Shown: positions 46,991-57,457, counted from the stretch's first letter. The stretch is DNA of 64,000 bases from a virus (IMGVR_UViG_3300028603_000005:1-64000), one strand, 5' to 3'. Translations and numbers: made by a program. Notes: generated by a model from the letters alone, not told the origin.

Positions 46991-48391
46991 CTATATTTTA
47001 ATTAAGTCTTCTAAACTAATAGTTCCTTCATCAAAGTCTTCAGCAGTGATACTTTCTCCTGTAATAGATAAGCTACCTATTCTGTAATACTCCCCATAAA
47101 ACTCTAACTGTAAAGGGTTGTCAGGGACTGAGCCATCACGAGCTTTAGGTATGTTTACTAATAAAGTATTGCGTGTATCTAAATCTTTATATAAAGTAAT
47201 CATAGTTTGACTAGCTCTTTCAATCTCATTCGCATCTGAAGCACAAGTGATATCATATCTACCTTTATTTTTAGGTTTACTTGCTTCTGCGTAAGATTCT
47301 CTATTTATCTGAGATACCATAAAAATTGTAATCTTTTTACCTGTATCTAAAAAGTTCAAACTTTGTTTTCTTAAATAAGATACCCAGTCGTTGAGAGTAT
47401 CTGTTACACTATTGTATCGCTTACCACCAGCAGCAGTAAACTTCAGTAGTGCTAATTGGTCTAAGATAATTCCATCTAAACCTTCACCAGTTGTTTGCTT
47501 AAACAGTAAATCTGCTTTTCTAAAAGTATCACTCATATCTAAGAAGGTGTTATACTTGACAGAAGTTTCATCCCAAATGATTAGTCTATTATTTAGTTTT
47601 TGGAGTAAATCTTGGTAATTTTTATCATAAAGTTCTTGTAATGGTTTCGTTAGTTTATTATCACGAACCCAGTTAGCATTTATTAAATCGTTTCTATTTC
47701 GTGCTATCTTTGCCGAATGATTTAAGACTAATCTATTAATTAAAGCTTCTGCTGTTGACTCTAAAGATATGTGTAACATATTCTTACCATCCAAAGCATT
47801 ATCATAAGCTATCTGCATAGCTGCTGTTGATTTGCCACTCCCAGCAAAACCTAAAATAGTAATTACATTTCCTGGCACAGCTTTACCTGCGTGTTGTTCA
47901 ATCCGATAGTTTAGAACACTTAGTCCATCTTCTTTATTGTGTAGGGTGTTATATAAACTTCCTTCTACTAATAAGGCGTTCTTAGGTATCTCTGAACTAC
48001 TCTCTAATAACTTGTTCTCTAAGATTGAGTTTACTTTAACTTTAAGTTCTTCTGGTGAAAGTAAATCAACATCTCCACTCAAAGTTAATAAATCCTTTTT
48101 AAGCTTGTTTTTAGATTGAGTTGATATTAAACTCACGATTGCTGAATCTATTGCTTCTTTCTCAATGATATTCTCAAACAACCCAGTGTCTGCGTAAGAA
48201 TACTTTTGCTTAATGTAAGCTACAGAAGGAAGTTTATTTAATTGAATTCCTTCACGAATATCTTTGATAATGTTTTTATCTACATCATTGAGTGTAAGTA
48301 GGCCTTCTAACTCTGTTATTTTGTTTTCGGCAAACTTAACATCTTCATAGTGTAAGATTGAGGTTAAAATATTGAATGTATTTGTGTTCAT
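46991..48391 (-). CDS. DnaB-like replicative helicase
   Basis: GFAGSGKST, ISLE, IILDQL, SQINRE, KARDG. Confidence 0.85.
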   Translation of the reverse strand: MNTNTFNILTSILHYEDVKFAENKITELEGLLTLNDVDKNIIKDIREGIQLNKLPSVAYIKQKYSYADTGLFENIIEKEAIDSAIVSLISTQSKNKLKKDLLTLSGDVDLLSPEELKVKVNSILENKLLESSSEIPKNALLVEGSLYNTLHNKEDGLSVLNYRIEQHAGKAVPGNVITILGFAGSGKSTAAMQIAYDNALDGKNMLHISLESTAEALINRLVLNHSAKIARNRNDLINANWVRDNKLTKPLQELYDKNYQDLLQKLNNRLIIWDETSVKYNTFLDMSDTFRKADLLFKQTTGEGLDGIILDQLALLKFTAAGGKRYNSVTDTLNDWVSYLRKQSLNFLDTGKKITIFMVSQINRESYAEASKPKNKGRYDITCASDANEIERASQTMITLYKDLDTRNTLLVNIPKARDGSVPDNPLQLEFYGEYYRIGSLSITGESITAEDFDEGTISLEDLIKI

Positions 48392-48960
48392 TAAATAAAC
48401 CTCTCAGTTCTCGTTTTAGGCGTTTTTTTAGTTGAAGTTGAACCTTTAGTCATATCTAAAGTTAAATGATTACTGTCAAAGTAATTATTCAGTTTAATTG
48501 TAGTTCTGAGATAGTCTTTACTATCTAAAACATCAAAATAGATAATTGTATACTTTTGGTTATTACTTCTCGTTTCTACTAAGTCTATCAATAGGCTTTC
48601 TAAATAGTCACTAGTATAGTCAAATTGAGATAAAGAGATGAATAATAAATCACTATAATACATTTGATTATATAATACTTTGTCTTTATCTGTGCTTTCT
48701 AAGAAGTGCTGATTGATAAAGTGTTGACCTGTACTTACGACATAGTCTAACACTCTGTTATTACGCAACGAGTAATAAACTCCTAAAGTGTAGTAAATAG
48801 CGTTTCTGGAGTCAGAGCCATAAATTAATAATGAATCTTTTCCTGAAAGTTTACTACGCTTAATAAACTCTTCAACTTTAGAAACCTTACCAGCAAAGAC
48901 TTCAGTTGAACCAACTATTAACTTTTCAAACTTATCTTTTAAAATAACTTTGTTTAACAT
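48391..48960 (-). CDS. Possible degenerate DnaC/helicase-loader-like protein
   Basis: SLLIYG, DLLFI, LIDLVETR..NQKYTII; coupled to the helicase; Walker A not intact. Confidence 0.4.
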   Translation of the reverse strand: MLNKVILKDKFEKLIVGSTEVFAGKVSKVEEFIKRSKLSGKDSLLIYGSDSRNAIYYTLGVYYSLRNNRVLDYVVSTGQHFINQHFLESTDKDKVLYNQMYYSDLLFISLSQFDYTSDYLESLLIDLVETRSNNQKYTIIYFDVLDSKDYLRTTIKLNNYFDSNHLTLDMTKGSTSTKKTPKTRTERFI

Positions 48961-49458
48961 TTGCTCTCCTTATTTATTCTACTTTATTTATCCTCTATAA
49001 TATTAATGTATATTATTAATAATACTCTCTTTATAATTATTAAAAAGAAAAGAGAGAAAGAGAAATAATAAAGTAGAATAACAAATAGTTTTATTCTACC
49101 TTACTATTTATCTATAGTGGTTGTATCTATTGTTTTATATTGTGTTGTTATTGTATCTGTTATAGTTATAACTGCTACTGTAATGTTTGTAATACTTTGT
49201 GTTGTTTTTGTTTGGTATTAGTTTTTGGTACGCTATTAGCGAACTGACATATTTAAGAAATCAACTTATGCTACAAGGCTTACTCCTCGCAATCCGTTAT
49301 CTACCTTTAACGAACCCGTCAGGTGCTCAATAGTTTAATATCATGATTCCCGAGTCTATCTACGGATGACTTACTCTAACACTTCTCAGTCGTGCCATGT
49401 TAGAGGGTAGTATCTCAACTACTCACTTCTGAATTAACTTTAAGTTTATAACCTGTGT

Positions 49459-50571
49459 TTAATCTTCACCTAAGATTGAAGCAGTCTCAGAGTCTGCTCT
49501 AGTTAAGAAGCCACCATTGTTATCTACGAATTCAATAATCTCATCCCAATGTTCTTCAATTAACTTCCAAGTTCCAGCTTGTCCTCTATCTTTATATTCA
49601 CCACTAGGTAATTTAAGGTTTGGCCATGCTCCTGATTTAAGAACTGTTCTAATTTCACCAGTTGTTTCATCAACGAGTTCAAAGTTCTCTAACCATTCTC
49701 TGTAAGCCCATTTATTAGATACACCTTTACCGAAGTAGATAAAAGCATCTACTGCTCTGAAAGGAAAACCTAATCTATTCTTTAAAGTTGTCATTTGGAC
49801 TTTAGCACCGATTGCTTCTGCTTTAGGTATTTTCTTACCATCTTTAGTAAGTGTATCACCTTCACCAACATAATCTCTTCTCATAAGCCAAATTTCTATT
49901 GTAGCAACGTGTTTAGCAGCTCTACCACCTGTAGGCTTAACGATTGCATGGAAGCCACTCAAATCTGTTCTTGCTTGGTGAATAACAACTAGTGTTGCTT
50001 CACTTCTTTTTACTACTGAGTTTATTCTAGGGAAGTTTACTGACCACATTCTTGCTGAAGCTCCTACAGGGTTTTTAGAAGAACCTAAATCATCTTCAGC
50101 GATTGCAGACTCATCCACAACGTTTGAATCAGAGTCAATTACAATCAAGGCAACATCAAGGTCGCTCGTAGCTGCTTTAATTATAGTAGCTACTTCTTGG
50201 ATTGACTCTACATCTAATAAATAGAATAAACCATCTTCATTCTCTTCTGTGTGTAAGTGTTCTATTACTCCGATACTTTGTAACATATCGTAAGTAACAC
50301 CACCTTCAATATCTAAGTAAATTACTTTCTTACCATATCTTTCAATGATATCTTTTCCAGCGTGAAGCATCATAGTAGTTTTACCAGTCCCTTCTTCACC
50401 ACCGAGAGCTACTATCTTAGATTTTGGTAACCCACCTTCAGTAAGAACATCTAAAGCTTTAATACCTGTTTCCCAACGAGGTGTTCTAACTGAACCATCT
50501 TCTTGAACTTCAGGTTTAGATAACCTGTACTTATTTACTAGCTTATCTAAAGCACTTTGTTTTTTTGACAT
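49459..50571 (-). CDS. recA: RecA/UvsX-like recombinase
   Basis: TGIKALD...GGLP, GEEGTGKTT, IVIDS, IHQAR, TGGRA, KNR. Confidence 0.88.
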   Translation of the reverse strand: MSKKQSALDKLVNKYRLSKPEVQEDGSVRTPRWETGIKALDVLTEGGLPKSKIVALGGEEGTGKTTMMLHAGKDIIERYGKKVIYLDIEGGVTYDMLQSIGVIEHLHTEENEDGLFYLLDVESIQEVATIIKAATSDLDVALIVIDSDSNVVDESAIAEDDLGSSKNPVGASARMWSVNFPRINSVVKRSEATLVVIHQARTDLSGFHAIVKPTGGRAAKHVATIEIWLMRRDYVGEGDTLTKDGKKIPKAEAIGAKVQMTTLKNRLGFPFRAVDAFIYFGKGVSNKWAYREWLENFELVDETTGEIRTVLKSGAWPNLKLPSGEYKDRGQAGTWKLIEEHWDEIIEFVDNNGGFLTRADSETASILGED

Positions 50572-50646
50572 TTAATAATCACATCTCCTTTGTGTTATTT
50601 TAATAAGGTAAGACACACTAAAAAATTAAGTGTGCATTATCTTTCA

Positions 50647-50659
50647 TATACTATAGTGT
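50647..50659 (-). promoter_or_regulatory. ACACTATAGTATA motif upstream of recA
   Basis: Exact copy. Confidence 0.7.
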
Positions 50660-50679
50660 AATAAAGTTGTTTTTATATT

Positions 50680-51321
50680 TTAATACTCATGCTCTGTAAG
50701 TTTACCATTCTTATGTCTTACATATTTTGATACTGTGTTTCTATAGTTAATTACAAAGCCTTCTACGTCTCTCTTTACTATGCCTATATACTTTGTGTAT
50801 AAATTATTGAGTTCTTCTACTGAAGGAACTTTATCTAAGACAGCTACAGTAGGGACAGTACCTAAGTAGTCAGGAATTTCTTGGTTAGAGAAAGGGTACT
50901 TAAATAGTTCATGTGTATACAACAAGTTTTTAATTGCATAGTTATTACTATCATCTAAATAAATGTTAGCTTTAGCAAATACATAAACTCTTTTTGGAAA
51001 GTTATTTTGATACTTAATTTTACCCATACCAATCCACTCACCAAAGAAGCCTGAGCCTTCGTGTAAGTTTTCTAACAAATCTTTGCCGTGTTCTTCTAAA
51101 AATGGAGCTAGTCCCTTATAACCCGTGTTTTTAAGTATATCTTTGTGTTCTACTTCTGGTGACCATACTAAAATGTTATTTCTTTGTGCAATAATAAGTT
51201 TATCATTTAATTTGAAAAAGCCGATGTTAGAACCATCTAACTTTTCAGTAATATGAACTACTGCTTGTTCATCTTTAATTCTTTCTGTTTTTGGATATAA
51301 TGTCTTTTTAATTACTTCCAT
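50680..51321 (-). CDS. RNA ligase (Rnl2-like nucleotidyltransferase)
   Basis: ITEKLDGSN, FGEW, EGFV. Confidence 0.75.
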   Translation of the reverse strand: MEVIKKTLYPKTERIKDEQAVVHITEKLDGSNIGFFKLNDKLIIAQRNNILVWSPEVEHKDILKNTGYKGLAPFLEEHGKDLLENLHEGSGFFGEWIGMGKIKYQNNFPKRVYVFAKANIYLDDSNNYAIKNLLYTHELFKYPFSNQEIPDYLGTVPTVAVLDKVPSVEELNNLYTKYIGIVKRDVEGFVINYRNTVSKYVRHKNGKLTEHEY

Positions 51322-51333
51322 GTTTGTTCTCCT

Positions 51334-51759
51334 TTAATTTGAAAGTTTAACAATCTCAGCTTTGTTAATCTTAGTTAAATCTACATCAAATACTTGAAGT
51401 CTTTTAAGAGCTTCTTTATAGTACTCTTTAAGTTTAGTTTTAATCCTTAAGTTGTTGTTATTATGTTTTAAGATATCGTGTAGAATTAAACTAGCCATAA
51501 AGCTTTCTACATAAGTGGTTCTATACCAAACATACTTAGCTCCTGAACCAATCTTTTTCTCTACTGATTCATCGGTCATAATAAGTAACTCTGTATATGG
51601 GTAGAGTTCTTGAACATAAAATAATGCTACATATTCAACAATGTCATTAATCTCTTCTTTATAAGGATTATGTAAGACTATGTTTTCTTTTTCTTTTTGT
51701 AATAAGATTCTAATTCTTGTATGTAATTGAATAAATCTTGTTTCTTCTCTTGTTTCCAT
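51334..51759 (-). CDS. Hypothetical protein
   Basis: Co-oriented ORF. Confidence 0.5.
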   Translation of the reverse strand: METREETRFIQLHTRIRILLQKEKENIVLHNPYKEEINDIVEYVALFYVQELYPYTELLIMTDESVEKKIGSGAKYVWYRTTYVESFMASLILHDILKHNNNNLRIKTKLKEYYKEALKRLQVFDVDLTKINKAEIVKLSN

Positions 51760-51760
51760 T

Positions 51761-52027
51761 TTATCTATCCCCTAAAATCTTTTCTAAAGTTAAAGCCAGT
51801 TCTGGAGTTATTGGTAAACCACTAACTCTTTGAATGACTATACATTCACTACCTATTGATATCTCTAAGATATCACTGTTGCTTGATTTAATAAATAATA
51901 AATCTGTTGTTGCTTTGTCGTAGTCAAAATAAACTTTGTCTATGACTTGATTATCTACAATTAGTTTATAATACTTTTTCATAGTGTTTCTAACATCTCC
52001 TTTATGCTTATAGCAATTTTTCACCAA
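51761..52027 (-). CDS. Hypothetical protein
   Basis: Co-oriented ORF. Confidence 0.5.
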   Translation of the reverse strand: MVKNCYKHKGDVRNTMKKYYKLIVDNQVIDKVYFDYDKATTDLLFIKSSNSDILEISIGSECIVIQRVSGLPITPELALTLEKILGDR

Positions 52028-53231
52028 GTTCTCCTATTATAATATGTTGACTTTCAAAAATGTTTTTAAGTAGATATTTTAACACATCTACTACTATACT
52101 ATTACCAGCTTGTTTATATCTTTGTGAATCAGATATACCTGCTTGTTCTACTTTGTTATGGTCTTCATCATCAAATCCCATAAGCCTCCAACACTCTAAG
52201 GGTGTTAGCTTCCTTAACCTTAGTTGATTACTCTCTATAACATAATTGTCTTTAGGCACTGTCGTAAGTGTGTTAGATACTCCTTTAAGGTTAGGTTCCA
52301 TCACTTGTGTTAATTTAATACCTTCAGTTCTATCACTTAAGTTATCTAAATTTCTTCCCCTAGAAGCTCCTATGATTGAACCGTATTCTTCTAACTGTTT
52401 ATAAAACTCTTCTTTATCTTTAATAATTAAAGGAGTTGATTCTAATATATAGTTATCTGTGGGTCTGTTACCTGTATTCGTAGTTATGGTATAAGCTACT
52501 CTACTTCCATCTATGTGTGGTGAAAATCTTTTAGCTCTATCATACTTAGCTTTAGATTCTTCACTTTGATTAATTCCTGTAAGATATTCTACCATTCGTT
52601 TACTTGAGTAATACTTTTCATCTACTTCTGCCTCTAAGTAATCCTTAATTCTTTTTTCTAATTTGAATGGTTCTGGCCACTCAAATAAACCTGTGTCAAT
52701 GTCTTTCCTGATTGACACTATAAACACCCTTTCTCTGTTTTGTGCTACTCCATAATCTTTGGCATTTAAAACCTTCCAGTAGTTATTATAACCTATAAAG
52801 TCTAGCTCATCTAAGATTGCTTTAAACTCTCCTTCAAACTTTTTACCAACAAGCCCTTTTACATTCTCTGCTATAGCTATCTTTGGCTTTACTTTATCTA
52901 CTACTTTTAAAGCATCCCAAACAAGTCCTGACCTTGTTTTGTTTCCTTGTTCATCTGTTAAGCCTCTTTGATAACCAGCTACTGATATATCTTGACAGGG
53001 AAAGCCATAAGTTAATAAAGTTATATCTTCTGAAGTATTTACTTTGTCTATATTTTCTACACTACCTATATTAAGGCTTTCATCTACGTTATGTAAAACT
53101 GAATAAGCTTTACTTGCAAATCTATCTATTTCTGAATAAAGTTCTATTTTGTGTTCTATACCTAATCTTGTTAGTGCTGTTTCAAAAGCACCTACTCCAC
53201 TAAATAAACTTACTATATTTATTTTATTCAT
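52008..53231 (-). CDS. DNA (cytosine-5) methyltransferase
   Basis: LFSGVG, GFPCQDIS, ENV, QNRERVF, YKQAGNS. Confidence 0.93.
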   Translation of the reverse strand: MNKINIVSLFSGVGAFETALTRLGIEHKIELYSEIDRFASKAYSVLHNVDESLNIGSVENIDKVNTSEDITLLTYGFPCQDISVAGYQRGLTDEQGNKTRSGLVWDALKVVDKVKPKIAIAENVKGLVGKKFEGEFKAILDELDFIGYNNYWKVLNAKDYGVAQNRERVFIVSIRKDIDTGLFEWPEPFKLEKRIKDYLEAEVDEKYYSSKRMVEYLTGINQSEESKAKYDRAKRFSPHIDGSRVAYTITTNTGNRPTDNYILESTPLIIKDKEEFYKQLEEYGSIIGASRGRNLDNLSDRTEGIKLTQVMEPNLKGVSNTLTTVPKDNYVIESNQLRLRKLTPLECWRLMGFDDEDHNKVEQAGISDSQRYKQAGNSIVVDVLKYLLKNIFESQHIIIGELGEKLL

Positions 53232-53542
53232 TATCTACCTCTCTTTTGCTTTATAATTTTATATGTTGGGTGGTCATACTCTTTTGAACTAAATCCTATT
53301 GATTTGATATACCCATGAAATACAAACTTAGGATTGTCTTTTAGGCTTTCTCTTCTGATTGCTTCCATACAAGTTTTAACTATGTCTTTCGGATGAGTAG
53401 CAAATCTTTTAGGTTGCTTCTCTTTTAAGTATTTATCATATGCTTCAACTAATAAGTCATGGTCACTCAACCACGCAAGTGTTCTGTTAGTTAATAAAAA
53501 CTCTTCATAGATATAATCAATTAGGTGTTTAGTTTTACTCAT
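53231..53542 (-). CDS. Hypothetical protein
   Basis: Coupled ORF. Confidence 0.5.
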   Translation of the reverse strand: MSKTKHLIDYIYEEFLLTNRTLAWLSDHDLLVEAYDKYLKEKQPKRFATHPKDIVKTCMEAIRRESLKDNPKFVFHGYIKSIGFSSKEYDHPTYKIIKQKRGR

Positions 53543-54201
53543 AAGCTTTCTAACCTCTCCTTAGCAATATCATAATATTGTTTTTGTAATTCTACTCCAA
53601 AGAACTTTCTACCTAACTTCTTAGCAACTATTCCTGTTGAGCCACTACCGAATAAAGGGTCTACTACTAAGTCTCCTTCTACTGTATTAGTCTCAATAAT
53701 CTCAGCTAATAGTTTATGGTTCTTTTCAGTTGGGTGATACTTACTACTTCCAGTCGGTGCTATGATATAGTTTTTAGACATAGGGACATTTAACTTACCA
53801 GTGCCACGCTTTTTAAACCAGACAGCGTTCTCTGTGCTTGACATTAAAATATACTGTGCGTTCATAGGACTTGGATTAGACTTAGCCCAAATCAGTTGTC
53901 TAACTGTTCCTTTACCTTCTTTTTGCTTCTGAGCGAAGTAAGCGTAAATCTCTGAGTATTGTTCATTACCACAAAAGATAACAAAGGTGTCAGCTTTGTT
54001 ATAGATTGCGTTTAAGAAGTCTTGGAGTTCAAATGTGATATCATCTGCATGACTTTTATCTAATACTCTAAGACCTTGTGATTCTCTGCTAACTTCACCA
54101 TAAGGCACATCTGTTAAAATTAGTTTAGCGTAAGGTAATTCTACGTTAAACATGTTGTCATTAATTAAAGTTATTTCTTGTTTCAAAAATAATGCACCCA
54201 A
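53539..54201 (-). CDS. DNA N4/N6 methyltransferase (beta class)
   Basis: TDVPY, HPTEK, DPLFGSGST. Confidence 0.85.
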   Translation of the reverse strand: MGALFLKQEITLINDNMFNVELPYAKLILTDVPYGEVSRESQGLRVLDKSHADDITFELQDFLNAIYNKADTFVIFCGNEQYSEIYAYFAQKQKEGKGTVRQLIWAKSNPSPMNAQYILMSSTENAVWFKKRGTGKLNVPMSKNYIIAPTGSSKYHPTEKNHKLLAEIIETNTVEGDLVVDPLFGSGSTGIVAKKLGRKFFGVELQKQYYDIAKERLESL

Positions 54202-54368
54202 CCTTTCCAGTCTATACTAATATATTGAACTGTACCTAACTGTAGGCTATTAACATACTTTACTTTTCTAAAAGCTTTTCTTTTTGCTTGTCTGAAAGTG
54301 AACGCTTTATACTCTAAAGAAATTATTGGTGAAGTATTAGTATAATAAGTTATCTGATATCTTCTCAT
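54183..54368 (-). CDS. Small hypothetical protein
   Basis: RBS GGGAGG. Confidence 0.45.
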   Translation of the reverse strand: MRRYQITYYTNTSPIISLEYKAFTFRQAKRKAFRKVKYVNSLQLGTVQYISIDWKGWVHYF

Positions 54369-54379
54369 GTTGTTCCTCC

Positions 54380-55417
54380 CTACTCTACAAAGTGTCCAAA
54401 CTTTGCTTTATCTTCATATTTGACTTCTAATAACTTTAAGTCGTTAATAATATTCTTAGGCTTACATTCTTCATATAAACCTTTGTCAGGCTCTATATAA
54501 CCTTTATCACTAAAGATATAGATTGCCATAGGTTGTTCTACACCGATAGCATAAGATAGTTGAACTTCGCACCACTTTAAGTCGTGTCTCTTTAAGTATC
54601 TAACTGCTATCTCTCTTGCTTTATAGGCTCCACTTAAATCTACTTTTGATGGGTCTTTACCGTTAAGAGAACCACCACCTACATTAGCAAACCCTTGGTA
54701 AGCGTCTACTACAATCTTTCTACCAGTAAGTCCAGCGTCTCCCTCAAAGCCACCTACTAAAAACTTACCTGTAGGGTTGATTAAGATTTTCTTGGCTTTA
54801 AGTCCGTGGTTATTTAAAATACCAGTAATACCTAATGTAATGATTTCATCTGTTCTTTCTCTATCTTCTTCATCGTTGTTATAACTAACTAAGAATGTTT
54901 CAACAGATATTAAGTTAAAGTCAGAATCATATCTACCAGTGATTTGAGCTTTGCCATCTGGTTTGAAATTTGCAACGGTTTTTCTTATTACGTCATACCA
55001 CATTGCAAACTCTTGAAGGATTACTTGGGCTTTAGGTAAATGTTGTGGTGTATCATTACACGCATAACCGAACATCATTCCTTGGTCACCAGCTCCACCT
55101 GTATCTACTCCTTGAGCAATATCTAAGCTTTGCTTTCCAATGTTATCTATAATTTGATACTCTGTAGTATAGCCTATATCATCTAATACTCTTTTGGTGA
55201 TATAGTTAATATCAACTTGTGCGTTAGAAGTAACTTCTCCTGTGATAAAGATAACACCTTTACCACCAACTACTTCAACACCTACTCTACTGTTCTTATC
55301 TTTACTTAAGTAAGCATCCAATATTGCATTGCTAATTTGGTCACAAACCTTATCAGGGTGTCCTCTAAACACAATCTCATTACTGAATAATCTATTCTCC
55401 ATCTTTAACTCCTTCAT
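54380..55417 (-). CDS. metK: S-adenosylmethionine synthetase
   Basis: GHPDKVCDQIS, GAGDQGMMFGYA, GDAGLTGRKIVVD, GKDPSKVD. Confidence 0.95.
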   Translation of the reverse strand: MKELKMENRLFSNEIVFRGHPDKVCDQISNAILDAYLSKDKNSRVGVEVVGGKGVIFITGEVTSNAQVDINYITKRVLDDIGYTTEYQIIDNIGKQSLDIAQGVDTGGAGDQGMMFGYACNDTPQHLPKAQVILQEFAMWYDVIRKTVANFKPDGKAQITGRYDSDFNLISVETFLVSYNNDEEDRERTDEIITLGITGILNNHGLKAKKILINPTGKFLVGGFEGDAGLTGRKIVVDAYQGFANVGGGSLNGKDPSKVDLSGAYKAREIAVRYLKRHDLKWCEVQLSYAIGVEQPMAIYIFSDKGYIEPDKGLYEECKPKNIINDLKLLEVKYEDKAKFGHFVE

Positions 55418-55640
55418 CTACAGAGATTACATAAAACTTATTATGACCTTCTGCAGAGATACTTTTAATCTTTTTATCTTTAATTAACGCTTTTGCTAAT
55501 TCTTCTAAACTACGGTATGCTTTATAGACTACTAATTTATCTTTACTATTGCCATAAGCTATTGCATATTTTTTAACTACTTGTTCCACCTTTCTATTAC
55601 CTCCAACATATCTCCTTTTATTTCTCTTGCGATACTCCAA
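55392..55640 (-). CDS. Hypothetical protein
   Basis: Overlapping co-oriented ORF; start uncertain. Confidence 0.4.
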   Translation of the reverse strand: MEYRKRNKRRYVGGNRKVEQVVKKYAIAYGNSKDKLVVYKAYRSLEELAKALIKDKKIKSISAEGHNKFYVISVDEGVKDGE

Positions 55641-56362
55641 TTAATCTTTTTAATATTGTTATCATTCTTTTTGTTATGGAATGATGAGTAGAAGGTTGGG
55701 TTAGGTTTTAATCTAACTTTTCTACTTCTATTATCTTCTACAATTAAATCAACTTTAGGTGTTACTACTACCAACTTAGTAGGTAAGCTATACTTTAAGA
55801 CTGCGTTATCACTTGGTAAGTCAGTATTCATATATCTAAAACCTCTCTCAATCAAAGGGCTGATTTGAGGTAAGATAGTTTCTTTATCATCGACTCCACA
55901 AAGTAATTTAGTATTACCATAACCGATAATATCTAAAATGTAAACGAAGTCTACTTTAGGATTACTTTGAGCGTATAAACTAGCTCCTACCATACCAGTT
56001 TCCTCTTTATCAAAGAAAACTATTTCTACTGGTTGATTAAACTTTTCAACATCTTTTAATTCTAACGCTAAACTAATTAGAGTAGCCACTGCGACTGTAT
56101 TATCATTAATACCTACAGAAGTCCCCCACACATCATAATGTGCTCCAAAAGCTAAGGCTTTCTTTGTCTTAGAACCAAACCTAATAATAACATTTCTGGT
56201 ATTGGTTTCACCACCTAATATTTGTAAACTATATTTAATACCAATCTCGTTTAAAATATTAGTTAGAGAATCAAATCTACTTAACTTACCATGGTTATCT
56301 ATAAAGTATTTTACTATGTCTTTTACATCTTTAGAATTTTTAAAACCTACCATTAAACTCAC
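55577..56362 (-). CDS. M28-family metallopeptidase
   Basis: GAHYD, GINDN, FFDKEETGMVG, LDIIG, SD. Confidence 0.8.
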   Translation of the reverse strand: MSLMVGFKNSKDVKDIVKYFIDNHGKLSRFDSLTNILNEIGIKYSLQILGGETNTRNVIIRFGSKTKKALAFGAHYDVWGTSVGINDNTVAVATLISLALELKDVEKFNQPVEIVFFDKEETGMVGASLYAQSNPKVDFVYILDIIGYGNTKLLCGVDDKETILPQISPLIERGFRYMNTDLPSDNAVLKYSLPTKLVVVTPKVDLIVEDNRSRKVRLKPNPTFYSSFHNKKNDNNIKKINWSIAREIKGDMLEVIERWNK

Positions 56363-56573
56363 CTACTTCTATTACTAAGATATTATCCCCAGCAACTTTA
56401 ACTGATACTATCTCGTGTAGTAGGTACTCCCAAGCTGTTTGATAAATGCGTAGAGCAGTTCCTTTAACAACTACTTTTCCACCGATTGTTACTACTACTT
56501 GTGTTTGTGTTGAAATTACTTCAATTTGTTCTTTTAAATTCATTGATATATCCTCCTTATTTTTATTTACCAA
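56340..56573 (-). CDS. Hypothetical protein
   Basis: Co-oriented ORF. Confidence 0.5.
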   Translation of the reverse strand: MVNKNKEDISMNLKEQIEVISTQTQVVVTIGGKVVVKGTALRIYQTAWEYLLHEIVSVKVAGDNILVIEVGEFNGRF

Positions 56574-56968
56574 TTATTTAAGTCGTAACCTTGATTAAGT
56601 CTACTTATGAACTTTTTAATAAGTTTGTGAATTATACTAGGGATTTTTAAGCCTAGTGCTTCATAGTTTCTTTTTAACTGTTGTGGTCTACTAATTAAGA
56701 TACTAATTAGTTTTAGTGTTCTGGAGTTGTATACCATAGTTAGACCTGTGTCTGTAATTACATGATATTCTGGACCATTCCAATGTTCTTTGTCAACCAA
56801 GAATGTGTCTACTGCGTTTCCGATATCTTCATTTAAGATTTCACGCCACTTTTTAAGTCTGTCATATCTGTCTACCATGTGAGCAGTTTCTCTAGAACTG
56901 TTCAGTAGTACATTGCCAAACTCTTTAGGTTCTTTTCTTAATACTTTATGAACTCTTTTAGGACCCAT
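56567..56968 (-). CDS. Hypothetical early protein
   Basis: Strong RBS, downstream of the promoter at 56999. Confidence 0.6.
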   Translation of the reverse strand: MGPKRVHKVLRKEPKEFGNVLLNSSRETAHMVDRYDRLKKWREILNEDIGNAVDTFLVDKEHWNGPEYHVITDTGLTMVYNSRTLKLISILISRPQQLKRNYEALGLKIPSIIHKLIKKFISRLNQGYDLNNW

Positions 56969-56998
56969 AAGTACCTCCTTCTTATCTATTCTGACTAT

Positions 56999-57027
56999 AT
57001 TATAACATCAAAGAAAAAGGTTGTCAA
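56999..57027 (-). promoter_or_regulatory. SigA-type early promoter
   Basis: TTGACA-17-TATAAT with extended TG. Confidence 0.8.
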
Positions 57028-57112
57028 CACTTTTTATTAAAAATTTGTAAATAATAAAAAACTCATTTTTTTCTGAGTTTTTTATTACGACAATGTTTGT
57101 ATTTTAACAAGA

Positions 57113-57457
57113 TTACTTAATATAAATTTTACCATCTTCTGCGTAAAGTTTTTCATAAATTTTCTCAGGCTTAATGAGAACTCCTCTTACACCTAAGAAC
57201 TCATCGGTTATTCCTAAGGCTTTCCTATACTCTTCCATGAATACATTGTTTGAGATTGGTTTTAACTCTTTAACGAAAGGAATTAAAGCTCTTAAACTTG
57301 TTTCAACATCTTTACTGAAAGATATATAAGCATTTCCTTCTTTTGGCTCAACTACTACTAAGATAATTCCTTTGTTTTTGACACAGTAGTATTCTGTGAA
57401 GTCGTCATGCTTTAAACTATACACTCCGTTTTTAATAATTCTTTTTGTATTACTCAT
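57113..57457 (-). CDS. Hypothetical protein
   Basis: Coupled ORF. Confidence 0.5.
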   Translation of the reverse strand: MSNTKRIIKNGVYSLKHDDFTEYYCVKNKGIILVVVEPKEGNAYISFSKDVETSLRALIPFVKELKPISNNVFMEEYRKALGITDEFLGVRGVLIKPEKIYEKLYAEDGKIYIK

